In this document: one piece after another, positions 9,027-17,219 of the stretch
Numbering within the stretch: the stretch's first letter is position 1
How the letters are laid out: each line of letters begins with the position of its first letter
Assembly: GCA_041946735.1 (NCBI GenBank)
Contig: JBHGAY010000002.1
Coordinates: 32,001 to 96,000, forward strand
DNA from: Candidatus Eiseniibacteriota bacterium
Lineage (GTDB): Bacteria > Eisenbacteria > RBG-16-71-46 > CAIMUX01 > VGJL01
Length of the DNA: 64,000 nucleotides
Direction of reading: 5' to 3'
Notes under the pieces: model-generated
Database searches by the model: none
Seen by the model: only the letters and a program-made list of their open reading frames with translations
Told to the model about the DNA's origin: nothing
Program-made: the position numbers and the translations under genes

Positions 9027-9621
9027 GGGAAACGCAGACGGTCGCCGCGATCTCGTTCAGGTCGAGAACTTCGCAGAGCCTGTCCCACACGAGGGAGCGC
9101 GGCTTCGCGCGCGCTCCGCGCGCAGCACCCCTGGAGTCCAGCAGTTCCAGCGCCTCATCGCGCCACAAGAGCTCGACGAGGGTGCGCGGGTCCCGCGCCG
9201 GGTTTCTGCGTCCGCGGCGGACCGTGCAGAACCGCGGGCCTGTCAGTCTTTGCTCGATACGGAGGACTCCCCACCAAGGCGGTACCAGTTCCATCGCTCC
9301 CGTGAGGTGCCGCGCTGCGACAACAAGCGTCATGCGTTCGAACACCCGGCTATACACTTCGGCCTGTAGACGGAGCCGGCGGAGGGAATCACGGTCGGAC
9401 TTGATCTCGAACCCATGAAGAAGCCCGTTCACGACCGCGAGGTCAATGCGGACTTGGCCCCGGCAGAGACCGAGTTCCTCGAGCATGACGGTGCCCGCCT
9501 CCCGTGCGTGCTTCGCACCGAGATAGGTGCGAAGCGCTTGGCGGATCTCAGGGTCTCCGCATCTCTCCAAATGGTCGTTCGTGGCTACGCCCTCCACGGC
9601 TGATGATTGAAGCACATCCAA
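8992..9621 (-). CDS. Sce7726-family PD-(D/E)xK-type nuclease
   Basis: EELGL, RIDLAVVNG.LHGFEIKS.RDSL.RL..Q..VYS.VF, P.WWG and LLWRDE motifs; start uncertain. Confidence 0.8.
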   Translation of the reverse strand: MDVLQSSAVEGVATNDHLERCGDPEIRQALRTYLGAKHAREAGTVMLEELGLCRGQVRIDLAVVNGLLHGFEIKSDRDSLRRLRLQAEVYSRVFERMTLVVAARHLTGAMELVPPWWGVLRIEQRLTGPRFCTVRRGRRNPARDPRTLVELLWRDEALELLDSRGAARGARAKPRSLVWDRLCEVLDLNEIAATVCVSLKARAAAQAPV

Positions 9622-9651
9622 CTCTGGAATGTCTCCATCGTCCTAGTTCCA

Positions 9652-9680
9652 TGGAGGCGGCGGGAAAGAACCCGAGGGCC
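9652..9680. repeat. internal degenerate copy of the ssrA 3' end
   Basis: TGGAGGCGGCGGGAA is identical to 9840-9854 and is followed by AGAACCCG (ssrA has TCGAACCCG). Confidence 0.8.
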
Positions 9681-9839
9681 CGCAGACGCCTAGCTAGACT
9701 ACAAGGAGATCCCTAGCGCGCAGTCATGTCGGCAGTTACCAATCTGCGGCTTTGCCGCGGCGTCGCGCTGGAACGTGGAGAGATGTTGGAGACAAGCACG
9801 GACTAGGCTGCAAGCCATTTCAGTTACATGAGTTATAAG

Positions 9840-10180
9840 TGGAGGCGGCGGGAATCGAACCCGCGTCCGAAAGGAGATCCGAAAGGACATCTACGTGTGT
9901 GTTCGGTCGTTTGATTCTCGTCCCTCGGGCTCCGGCCGACAGGATCCGTTCGGGACCAGCCTCTGAATGTTTCGCCGCGCTAACGAGGCTCTCACGCGAC
10001 TAGACCGCTGTAACGTCGTCTCTCTGCGACCCAGCGGACGCAATCACAGGAGACGTGGCTACCTAAGCAGCCAGTGCCAATTCAGTGTTGGCAGTTGGTT
10101 TTTGCCACAGGATTTACGAGGCCGTGGCGGCTCGACACGCAGTCCTGACTTCCCTCCCCCCGTCGAAACCAGGCGCCCCC
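9840..10180 (-). ncRNA. ssrA: tmRNA, tag (A)ANTELALAA*
   Basis: Acceptor stem GGGGGCG/CGCCUCC-A with G3.U, T-arm GTTCGATTC, and tag ORF 10092-10063 ending ALAA-TAG; smpB nearby. Confidence 0.96.
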
Positions 10181-10230
10181 GGTTTACTTGCGTCTGCCTT
10201 GGTTCGTGGCTCGGTCCGTTGCTCGGAGGG

Positions 10231-10306
<76 letters not shown>

Positions 10307-10333
10307 AGTGCTCTGTGGGAACACCACCTGGGC

Positions 10334-10362
10334 AGCATAGATCCCGTTCGTTCGACGGTCAA
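10334..10362 (-). promoter_or_regulatory. sigma70-like promoter for tRNA-Lys/ssrA
   Basis: TTGACC-N17-TATGCT. Confidence 0.7.
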
Positions 10363-10477
10363 GTCACCCGGATATTCCGAGACGAGGTCGTGCGAGCCCA
10401 GGCCGCGACCCGCGGCCGCGCCGCCTGCCGACGCCGGATCCCCATGACGGCTCGGCGGACCGCGCCGAGCCCCGCGA

Positions 10478-10972
10478 TCAGAACGGGAGGTCGCTGTCGT
10501 CGTCTCCCCCGACGGGGCCCGGGTCCTCGTCGCCTGGGTACTCGTCGACGCCGGAAGCGCCGCCGCGCGCGACCGCTCCGGCTCCCGCCCCCGCTCCTGC
10601 TCCGGCATAGCCGCCGGCGGAACCGCCCGGGCCGCCTTCGCCGCCCCGGCCTCCGAGCATCATGATGTTTTGAGCGACGATCTCGGTCGAGTAGCGGGTC
10701 TGTCCTTGCTGGTCCTGCCACTGGCGGGTCTGGATGCGCCCCTCCACGTAGACCTGCCTACCCTTCCGCAGATACTCGCCCACGATCTCTCCCAGCCGCG
10801 CCCAGGCGACCACCCGATGCCACTCCGTCTTCTCTTGCCGCGCCTCGCCCGTCCCCCAGATCTCGGTCGTCGCTAGCCGGAAGTTCGCGACGGTCTGCCC
10901 GCCCTGGGTCTTGCGCACCTCGGGATCCGCCCCGAGATTGCCGATCAGGATGACCTTGTTGATGCTCCGCAT
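10478..10972 (-). CDS. ssb: single-stranded DNA-binding protein
   Basis: [20 protein letters not shown], Gly-rich linker, DDSDLPF tail. Confidence 0.97.
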   Translation of the reverse strand: MRSINKVILIGNLGADPEVRKTQGGQTVANFRLATTEIWGTGEARQEKTEWHRVVAWARLGEIVGEYLRKGRQVYVEGRIQTRQWQDQQGQTRYSTEIVAQNIMMLGGRGGEGGPGGSAGGYAGAGAGAGAGAVARGGASGVDEYPGDEDPGPVGGDDDSDLPF

Positions 10973-11035
10973 GCCTCTTCCTTCCCCGGCCTGGGCTTGC
11001 TGCTGCCCGGCCCGAACCGCTTCCCCAAACCGCAC

Positions 11036-11065
11036 TTGTCAGCCAACGTCCGCCTACCGTACGAT
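11036..11065 (+). promoter_or_regulatory. sigma70-like promoter for tRNA-Pro/His
   Basis: TTGTCA-N18-TACGAT. Confidence 0.55.
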
Positions 11066-11092
11066 CCGTCCTGCGCCCTCGGCCAGGCATTT

Positions 11093-11166
<74 letters not shown>

Positions 11167-11190
11167 CAGACGGTCCCATCGAAGAATCGT

Positions 11191-11264
11191 GGTGGATGTA
11201 GCTCAGCTGGTAGAGCACTGGATTGTGGTTCCAGGTGTCGTGGGTTCGAAACCCATCATCCACC
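11191..11264 (+). tRNA. tRNA-His(GTG)
   Basis: G-1/C73 identity pair, anticodon loop TT-GTG-GT. Confidence 0.95.
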
Positions 11265-11445
11265 CATCTCCTTTCTCTCCGTGTCCGGGGGCGCCGGCGC
11301 GCTGGCGTCTCCGGCATCTGGTCCCGGCCCGATCGGCCGCTCCTCGATCCGCGCGGGTCGGGTGGCCCAGCGTGACCGTGAACGTGACCATGACGGCGGC
11401 CGTGGCCGTCCCGGCCGATTCGCTCCTCTACGTCGCATCGCGTGC

Positions 11446-11522
11446 GCGCCCGTAGCTCAGTCGGATAGAGCAGCGGATTTCTAATCCGCGGGTCGGGGGT
11501 TCGATCCCCTCCGGGCGCGCCA
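11446..11522 (+). tRNA. tRNA-Arg(TCT)
   Basis: Anticodon loop TT-TCT-AA, encoded CCA. Confidence 0.95.
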
Positions 11523-11574
11523 CTGCTTCCACTCACTCCCCTCGGCGGCTGGACCGAATCCGCGCCACGGACCC

Positions 11575-12273
11575 TCAAAGCGAGAAGCGTTCCACCAGCA
11601 GTGCCCGCAGGCGCCGCATCGCCTGCCCGCGATGGCTGACTCGGTCCTTCTCCTCGAGACTCATCTCCGCGAAGGTTCTCTGCGCGCCCTCCGGCAGGAA
11701 GACCGGGTCGTAGCCGAATCCGCCCTGGCCGCGCCGCTCGGTCGTGATCTCCCCCGGGCAGATCCCCTCGACGAGCACCTCGATGCCACCCGGCTCCACG
11801 AGCGCGATCACGCAACGAAACCGGGCCGTCCGCGCGCCCGTCTGAACGCTCTCCATCCGCTTCAGGAGCTCTGCGACGTTCTCAGCGTAGCTCGCTCTCG
11901 GCCCGGCGAAACGGCTACTGAAGACACCCGGGGCGCCTCCGAGCGCGTCGGCCTCGAGGCCCGTGTCGTCGGCGACCGCCGCGATCCCCGTCGCCTCGCA
12001 CAGCTCGCGCGCTTTCTTCAAGGCGTTCTCCTCGAGCGTCGCTCCGTCCTCGACCGTCTCCGGCACCGCGGGATAGTCGGCGCGCGTCCGGATCTCGACG
12101 TCCAGCCCGACCAAGGCAAGCCGCATCTCGGTCACCTTGTCGGGATTGCCGGTGGCGAGGACGATCCGCGCGGCGGGCCGGCCGCGGGCACCCGCGCCTC
12201 CGCTGCTGGCGCCGCCGCCAGCGCCGCCGCGGCCGGCGCCACCGCCCCCGCCGTCCGGCCCGCTCGGCCTCAC
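11575..12273 (-). CDS. rdgB: XTP/dITP diphosphatase (HAM1 family)
   Basis: ATGNPDK, ENALKKA, ADDTGL, GFGYDPVF and SHRG motifs; GTGA overlap with the rph stop. Confidence 0.93.
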   Translation of the reverse strand: MRPSGPDGGGGGAGRGGAGGGASSGGAGARGRPAARIVLATGNPDKVTEMRLALVGLDVEIRTRADYPAVPETVEDGATLEENALKKARELCEATGIAAVADDTGLEADALGGAPGVFSSRFAGPRASYAENVAELLKRMESVQTGARTARFRCVIALVEPGGIEVLVEGICPGEITTERRGQGGFGYDPVFLPEGAQRTFAEMSLEEKDRVSHRGQAMRRLRALLVERFSL

Positions 12274-13031
12274 GTGGACAGCAACGGGCGGGCGGTCCGC
12301 GGAGGGAGCGCCAACGCCCGTTCCTGGGCGCGGAACATGCGCGACAAGCCGGCGCGCGAGAGCCGCAGCATCGGCCGGATCTCCGACTCCTCGAACGGAT
12401 CCCCCTCGGCGGCTCCCTGGATCTCGACCAGCCGGCCGTCCGAGGTCGCGACGACGTTCAGATCGACCTGCGCCGCCGAATCCTCGTGATGGTCGAGGTC
12501 GAGCATCCTGCGTCCTCCCACGATCCCCACGCTCACTGCGGCGACGCGCGAGCGGATCGGGCTGCGCGCGATCTTCCCGGACGCGAGAAGCGACTCGACC
12601 GCGTCGGCGAGAGCCACCCACCCGCCGGTGATCGAGGCCACCCGGGTGCCGCCGTCCGCCTCGAGGACGTCGCAGTCGATCGTCCAGGTCCGGTCGCCGA
12701 GAAGGGAAAGATCGACGGCAGCGCGCAGGGAGCGGCCGATCAGGCGCTGGATCTCGAAGGTCCGGCCTGACGTGCGGCCGCGCGCCACCCGCTCCGGGAC
12801 GGAGCGCGGCAGCATCCCGTACTCGGCGGTGATCCAGCCATGCCCCCGGCCGCGCAGCCATGGCGGGACCCGGTCCTCCACCGTGACCGCGCACAGCACC
12901 TGCGTCCCGCCGAGCCCGATCCAGGCGGAGCCTTCCGCGTGCCGGAGGACGCCCCGCCGGATGCGTACGGGGCGCAGCCGCGCGACCGTGCGGCCGTCCT
13001 CACGAAGATCGCCTTCCCGTTCCGCCGACAT
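12270..13031 (-). CDS. rph: ribonuclease PH
   Basis: GWITAEYGMLPRS, EIQRLIGRSLRA, DCDVLEADGGTR and EIQG.AEG motifs. Confidence 0.95.
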   Translation of the reverse strand: MSAEREGDLREDGRTVARLRPVRIRRGVLRHAEGSAWIGLGGTQVLCAVTVEDRVPPWLRGRGHGWITAEYGMLPRSVPERVARGRTSGRTFEIQRLIGRSLRAAVDLSLLGDRTWTIDCDVLEADGGTRVASITGGWVALADAVESLLASGKIARSPIRSRVAAVSVGIVGGRRMLDLDHHEDSAAQVDLNVVATSDGRLVEIQGAAEGDPFEESEIRPMLRLSRAGLSRMFRAQERALALPPRTARPLLST

Positions 13032-13123
13032 GGGGACCTCCTCTCGTCGTTGGCTACCCGGCCCCGCGCGACCACCGGACGCCGGAAGGTCCCGCCGAGG
13101 ACCGGGCGCCTCATCCAGCGCGT

Positions 13124-14020
13124 CTAGCGCTCGTACCAGGGAATGTCGGACTGCTCGATCCAGTGAAGATTCTCGATCGGCTCCCCGAGGAACCGCTCGC
13201 CGATCTGCTGGAAGCGAAGCGGGACGTCGCTCAGGTAGAAAGTGCGCTCCCCCGCTCCCTTCGCCTGCCGCGCCAGGCCGAGCGACTCGAGCTTTTCGCG
13301 GACGTCGTGCACCGTCGCCTCCGCAGTATCCACGAGATCGATCTGTGGCCCGAGCGCTTCCCCGATCACCTCGCGCAGGAGCGGATAGTGCGTGCAGCCG
13401 AGCACCACCGTGTCGACCCCGCTCCTTCGAATCGGCTCCAGATACGACCGGGCGATCCCGAGCGGGATCTCCCCATCGACCCAACCTTCCTCGGCGAGCG
13501 GGACGAAGAGCGGGCAGGCGGCGGCCTCGACCGCGCAGCTCGCGTCGATCTCGGCGATCGCCTTTTCGTATGCGCGCGACCCGACCGTCCCGGTCGTGCC
13601 GATGACGCCGATCCTGCGCGAGCGGCTGCGCTGGACGGCCGCGCGCGCGCCCGGGAGGATCACGCCGATCATCGGGATTTCGAAGCGGCGCTCGAGGGCC
13701 GGCAAGGCGACCGCGCTCGCCGTGTTGCAGGCGACGACGAGGAACTTGATGCCGCGACGGACCAGGAAGCGGGTGTTCTCGATCGAGAAGCGAGTGACCG
13801 TCTCGACCGACTTGCCGCCATACGGCACCCGGGCCGAATCGCCGAAGTAGAGGACGTGCTCGGCGGGAAGTTGCGAGAGGATCTCGCGCACGACCGTGAG
13901 CCCGCCGATTCCCGAGTCGAAGACGCCGATCGGCCTCTCCCTCGCTTCTTCTGGCGTAGCGGGAGGCGGAACCGGAGGCGGAACGGGAGGGGGAACGGGA
14001 GGCGGGACGGGAACGGTCAT
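13124..14020 (-). CDS. murI: glutamate racemase
   Basis: FDSGIGGLTV, ACNTAS and LGCTHYP motifs; N-terminal PPVP repeat. Confidence 0.97.
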   Translation of the reverse strand: MTVPVPPPVPPPVPPPVPPPATPEEARERPIGVFDSGIGGLTVVREILSQLPAEHVLYFGDSARVPYGGKSVETVTRFSIENTRFLVRRGIKFLVVACNTASAVALPALERRFEIPMIGVILPGARAAVQRSRSRRIGVIGTTGTVGSRAYEKAIAEIDASCAVEAAACPLFVPLAEEGWVDGEIPLGIARSYLEPIRRSGVDTVVLGCTHYPLLREVIGEALGPQIDLVDTAEATVHDVREKLESLGLARQAKGAGERTFYLSDVPLRFQQIGERFLGEPIENLHWIEQSDIPWYER

Positions 14021-14066
14021 GAGAGATCTCCCTTTTCCGGCGAGCCGGAGACACGCCGCGCGCCGC

Positions 14067-14732
14067 TCATGATCCGGCCTCCGCCTCAGCCTCCGCCTCC
14101 GGGGAGAGCCCCAAAGTGGCGAGATCGAGCGGCAGGTCGATCGGGATCGATCCGGGCGCGCGCTCGACGATCTTGCCGTCGACGAGGATCTGCACGGCGC
14201 GGATTCCCGGGACGTTCTCGATGAGCGAGCGCACGAGCGACGCGATCGAGACCCACTCGAGCCCGTCGCCGCGCGGCCAGCGAGCCAGCGCGTCGCTCGA
14301 GAGGTCGAGATAGCCGGTGCCGTCGGGCATCAGGAAGAAGGACTTCACGCGCGCGCGCGACGACCAGCCGCTGATCCCTTGGGACGATCCGGCGAGCACC
14401 TCTCGCGCGACCGCCTCGCCAAGTCGCTCCCGCCCGCCGGGATCCGGCACGGCCCTCTCCTCGCGTACGAGGCCGATCTGGTCGGGCGCTCCAAAGTAGA
14501 GGCCGAGGATCCGGACCGGCGCGCCCGCTTCGGTCGTTCCCGCGCCGACGTCGCGAGGATTGAGCGCCACCGTCCCCAGCCCGCGGTACACCACGATCGC
14601 GGCGACCACGAGCGCGATGATGAGGAGCCCCCAGAGGATGCGTCCCCTCGTCAGCCTGCCCTCGCCCGTGACGCCCGGCACTCGCCGACGCCGGCGCGTC
14701 ACTGCAGGTCTCCTCACGGCGGGCCCGCTCAC
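14067..14732 (-). CDS. GerMN domain membrane-anchored protein
   Basis: N-terminal TM, LYF, YLDLS, and SLV.SL..N...I.AVQILVDG. Confidence 0.8.
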   Translation of the reverse strand: MSGPAVRRPAVTRRRRRVPGVTGEGRLTRGRILWGLLIIALVVAAIVVYRGLGTVALNPRDVGAGTTEAGAPVRILGLYFGAPDQIGLVREERAVPDPGGRERLGEAVAREVLAGSSQGISGWSSRARVKSFFLMPDGTGYLDLSSDALARWPRGDGLEWVSIASLVRSLIENVPGIRAVQILVDGKIVERAPGSIPIDLPLDLATLGLSPEAEAEAEAGS

Positions 14733-16399
14733 GGCAGATCTCCTTCGGGATGCTGACGTGGCGCGCCGTTACCCGCCGGGAGCCCGCGCGACGGCGCCGG
14801 GAACTCCTCGGTCGAGATCGACGCGAGCGCTTCGCCTACGCCGAAGGCGATCGCCTGCGCAAGTCCGGCCCGCTGCCCGGGATCGAGCAGCCGCCCGAGC
14901 GAGAACGGATCCCGCACGAACGCCGGATAGATGGTGAGCGCAGGCATCGTGAACCCCTCCATCCAGCGCGAAGGACGGCTTCCGAGCTGGACTTTCCCCT
15001 GTCCCAGGAAGGTCTCCAGGTGCGCGAAGAGCGTGCGGGCGAGGCGGTCGCTCTCCCCCCGCGAGAGGATCGGCGCCTCGCTCCAGAGCAGCGGCCGCGG
15101 AGCGACCGCATAGGTCCGGCCGGGGGTCTCGTCAAGCAGCTCCCACTTCAGGCGCGGGGCAGGCGTCCAGATCTGGATCTGGTCCGGCGCGTGCTCGTAG
15201 TTGTCGAGCCGCAGCGCGATCACGCATCGCGCCTCGAGCATCGCCGCGTTCGACGCGTCCGACCCGGGGTCGATCGCCTGCATGAATGAGGCCGGCTGGC
15301 CGAGCGTGTCCGCAAGGATGCGGACGACACGATCGGCGAGATCGAGAAGGGCATAGCCTCCCTCGGCAGGATCGCTCGCCCGGTCGATCAGGCAGGTGAG
15401 CAGGATCGGTCCGCGCCGCAGACCGAAGCCGTCGGCAGCGAGGGGGCGCAGGGGACGGAACGATCCTCGATCGACCTCCTGCTGCGACTCCGTGACCTCG
15501 AGCTCCCACGCTTGCTCGTGATCGTCGTAACGGCTCGAGACGCCGACCGCTGTAGGTCCGACGTCGAGCGCGATGCGCGTCCCGTTGGCCCATCCCTCGA
15601 CCTCGCGGATCGACAGGATCGACCGCGGTCCGGCGATCGCGAGGCTTTCGGGGTGCGGCGAGATCCCGTCGAGGATGACCTCCAGGCCGCTTCCTGCCGC
15701 CCACAGGATCGAGCTCCGCCGCGGAGCCGGTCCCGAGATGCGAAGCACGCCTCGATGGCCCACCTCGGCGAGCCGCAGCTCCCGGAAGTGCGGGCTCGGC
15801 CCTCCCCACACGAAACGCCCCTCGGAGGGAGCCCAGGAGGCGGGGCGCAGATCGGACCAGTCGCGCGAGAGAAGCGCGAGTAGATCGACCGGCATGAGGA
15901 CCCCGGGGCCGCCGTAGGAAACCGGCGCGTCCAGCTGCGCGGCGCGCACCCCGCGGAGAAGGACCGGGCTGTCGAGGACGAAGCCGATCCGGGTGGTGTC
16001 GACCTGCACCCAGCCTCGATAGCTGTAGGGATCCCAGGAGTAGGGAAGACCGAGAGCGCGCGCCAGCGAGGCGAGCGGCACGAACTCCACGCCGTCGCGC
16101 TCGTAGCGAGGCACCGGCTGCGCCGGGCGCCCGTCGCCGGGGACGATCAGCAGCTCGCTCGAGCGGGAGAGCGTCGGGTCGGCGAGCGTGGAAGGAGCCG
16201 GTGACTCCTCACGCGGTTCCCCCTGCGCATGCGCGGCACGTCCGATTGGAAACCGTTCACCGGGCGCCACGCCGGAGAGAAGGGCGAGCAGCACGAGCAG
16301 CCCGGGCAGGACGATCAGCGCCAGCCTGGCGAGCAGCGCGCGCCGGGCGAGCAGCGCTAACGGTGAGAGACGACCTCCCCCCGGTCCTGTCCTAGGCAT
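14729..16399 (-). CDS. AmiC-like secreted protein with apparently degenerate amidase_3 domain
   Basis: Signal peptide and stalk-like N-domain (FVPL..LA.ALG). It sits between smpB and GerMN, where an amidase is usual. C-terminus ends [17 protein letters not shown] motifs are absent. Confidence 0.5.
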   Translation of the reverse strand: MPRTGPGGGRLSPLALLARRALLARLALIVLPGLLVLLALLSGVAPGERFPIGRAAHAQGEPREESPAPSTLADPTLSRSSELLIVPGDGRPAQPVPRYERDGVEFVPLASLARALGLPYSWDPYSYRGWVQVDTTRIGFVLDSPVLLRGVRAAQLDAPVSYGGPGVLMPVDLLALLSRDWSDLRPASWAPSEGRFVWGGPSPHFRELRLAEVGHRGVLRISGPAPRRSSILWAAGSGLEVILDGISPHPESLAIAGPRSILSIREVEGWANGTRIALDVGPTAVGVSSRYDDHEQAWELEVTESQQEVDRGSFRPLRPLAADGFGLRRGPILLTCLIDRASDPAEGGYALLDLADRVVRILADTLGQPASFMQAIDPGSDASNAAMLEARCVIALRLDNYEHAPDQIQIWTPAPRLKWELLDETPGRTYAVAPRPLLWSEAPILSRGESDRLARTLFAHLETFLGQGKVQLGSRPSRWMEGFTMPALTIYPAFVRDPFSLGRLLDPGQRAGLAQAIAFGVGEALASISTEEFPAPSRGLPAGNGAPRQHPEGDLP

Positions 16400-16880
16400 C
16401 ACGCTCCCCTCGCCGCGCCCTCTGCATCTCCCTCTCCGCATCCCGCTTCGCCAGGTCCTCTCTACGATCGTGCAAACGCTTGCCGCGCACCAGACCCAGC
16501 TCCACCTTGAGATGCCGTCCCTTGAAGTAGAGCGAGAGCGGGATCACCGTCAATCCCTTCTCCTGCGTCTGCTGCTGAATCTTGAGGATCTGCCGAGTAT
16601 GGAGAAGGAGCTTCCGGGGCCGGAGCGGATCGTGGTTGAAGCGGTTGCCCTGCTCGTAGGGGCTGATGTGCATCTGGAGCAGGAAGACCTCGCCGTGCTC
16701 GACCTGCGCGTACGCGTCGCCGAGATTCACCTTCCCCGCCCGGACGCTCTTCACCTCCGTGCCGCGCAACGCGATGCCGGCCTCGATCGTATCGAGGACG
16801 TGATACTCGTGCCGCGCCTTGCGGTTGACGGCAACGGTCTTCTTGTCCTCGCCGGCCGGGGCCGATCGGGGGGACGGCAT
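16392..16880 (-). CDS. smpB: SsrA-binding protein
   Basis: [21 protein letters not shown] and GK.L.D.R motifs. Confidence 0.97.
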   Translation of the reverse strand: MPSPRSAPAGEDKKTVAVNRKARHEYHVLDTIEAGIALRGTEVKSVRAGKVNLGDAYAQVEHGEVFLLQMHISPYEQGNRFNHDPLRPRKLLLHTRQILKIQQQTQEKGLTVIPLSLYFKGRHLKVELGLVRGKRLHDRREDLAKRDAEREMQRARRGERDA

Positions 16881-17064
16881 GGGGGGACCTCCGCTTGACT
16901 CGCCCGTAACGAGCGCATAGCATAACACCTTGGCCGGTCGACGGTGACCGCGGTTTGCCGCGGCCGGCGGCGCTTCGCGGCACGGCTCGAATCGAAAAGC
17001 CGCGGGCGGCGGTTGTGGCGGCTGCGGCGGCGCCGGGTCGACAGGTCCATGCGGACAGGTTCAC

Positions 17065-17148
17065 GCGGAAGTGGCGGAACTGGTAGACGCGCTGGGTTCA
17101 GGGTCCAGTGAGGGTTCCCTCGTAGGGGTTCAACTCCCCTCTTCCGCA
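17065..17148 (+). tRNA. tRNA-Leu(CAG)
   Basis: Long variable arm, anticodon loop TT-CAG-GG. Confidence 0.95.
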
Positions 17149-17158
17149 AGACGAGATC

Positions 17159-17193
17159 GGCGGGCGAGCCAGCAGGGCGCGCCCGCCTTTTTC
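17159..17193 (+). terminator. intrinsic terminator after tRNA-Leu
   Basis: GGCGGGCG...CGCCCGCC stem followed by TTTTT. Confidence 0.65.
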
Positions 17194-17219
17194 GTTCGTC
17201 TCCGCGAGCGTGAGGATCG

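Larger units (their letters stand above)
4742..9860. mobile_element. integrase-less genomic islet at the tmRNA 3' end with defence-like cargo
   Basis: 19-bp direct repeat GAGGCGGCGGGAATCGAAC at 4742-4760 and 9842-9860 (ssrA 3' end), plus a partial copy at 9652-9666. The cargo looks less GC3-biased than the flanks by eye. Confidence 0.85.

Noticed and set aside
10975..11030. Minus-strand CAGGCCGGGGAAGGAAG resembling SRP RNA helix 8
   Set aside because: It lacks the GNRA-capped stem and the AGCAG motif, and it coincides with the ssb RBS.
11575..14054. Apparent long N-terminal extensions or fusions of rdgB and rph in the ORF track
   Set aside because: The upstream parts are alternative frames of neighbouring genes; the real starts are at about 12273 and 13031.
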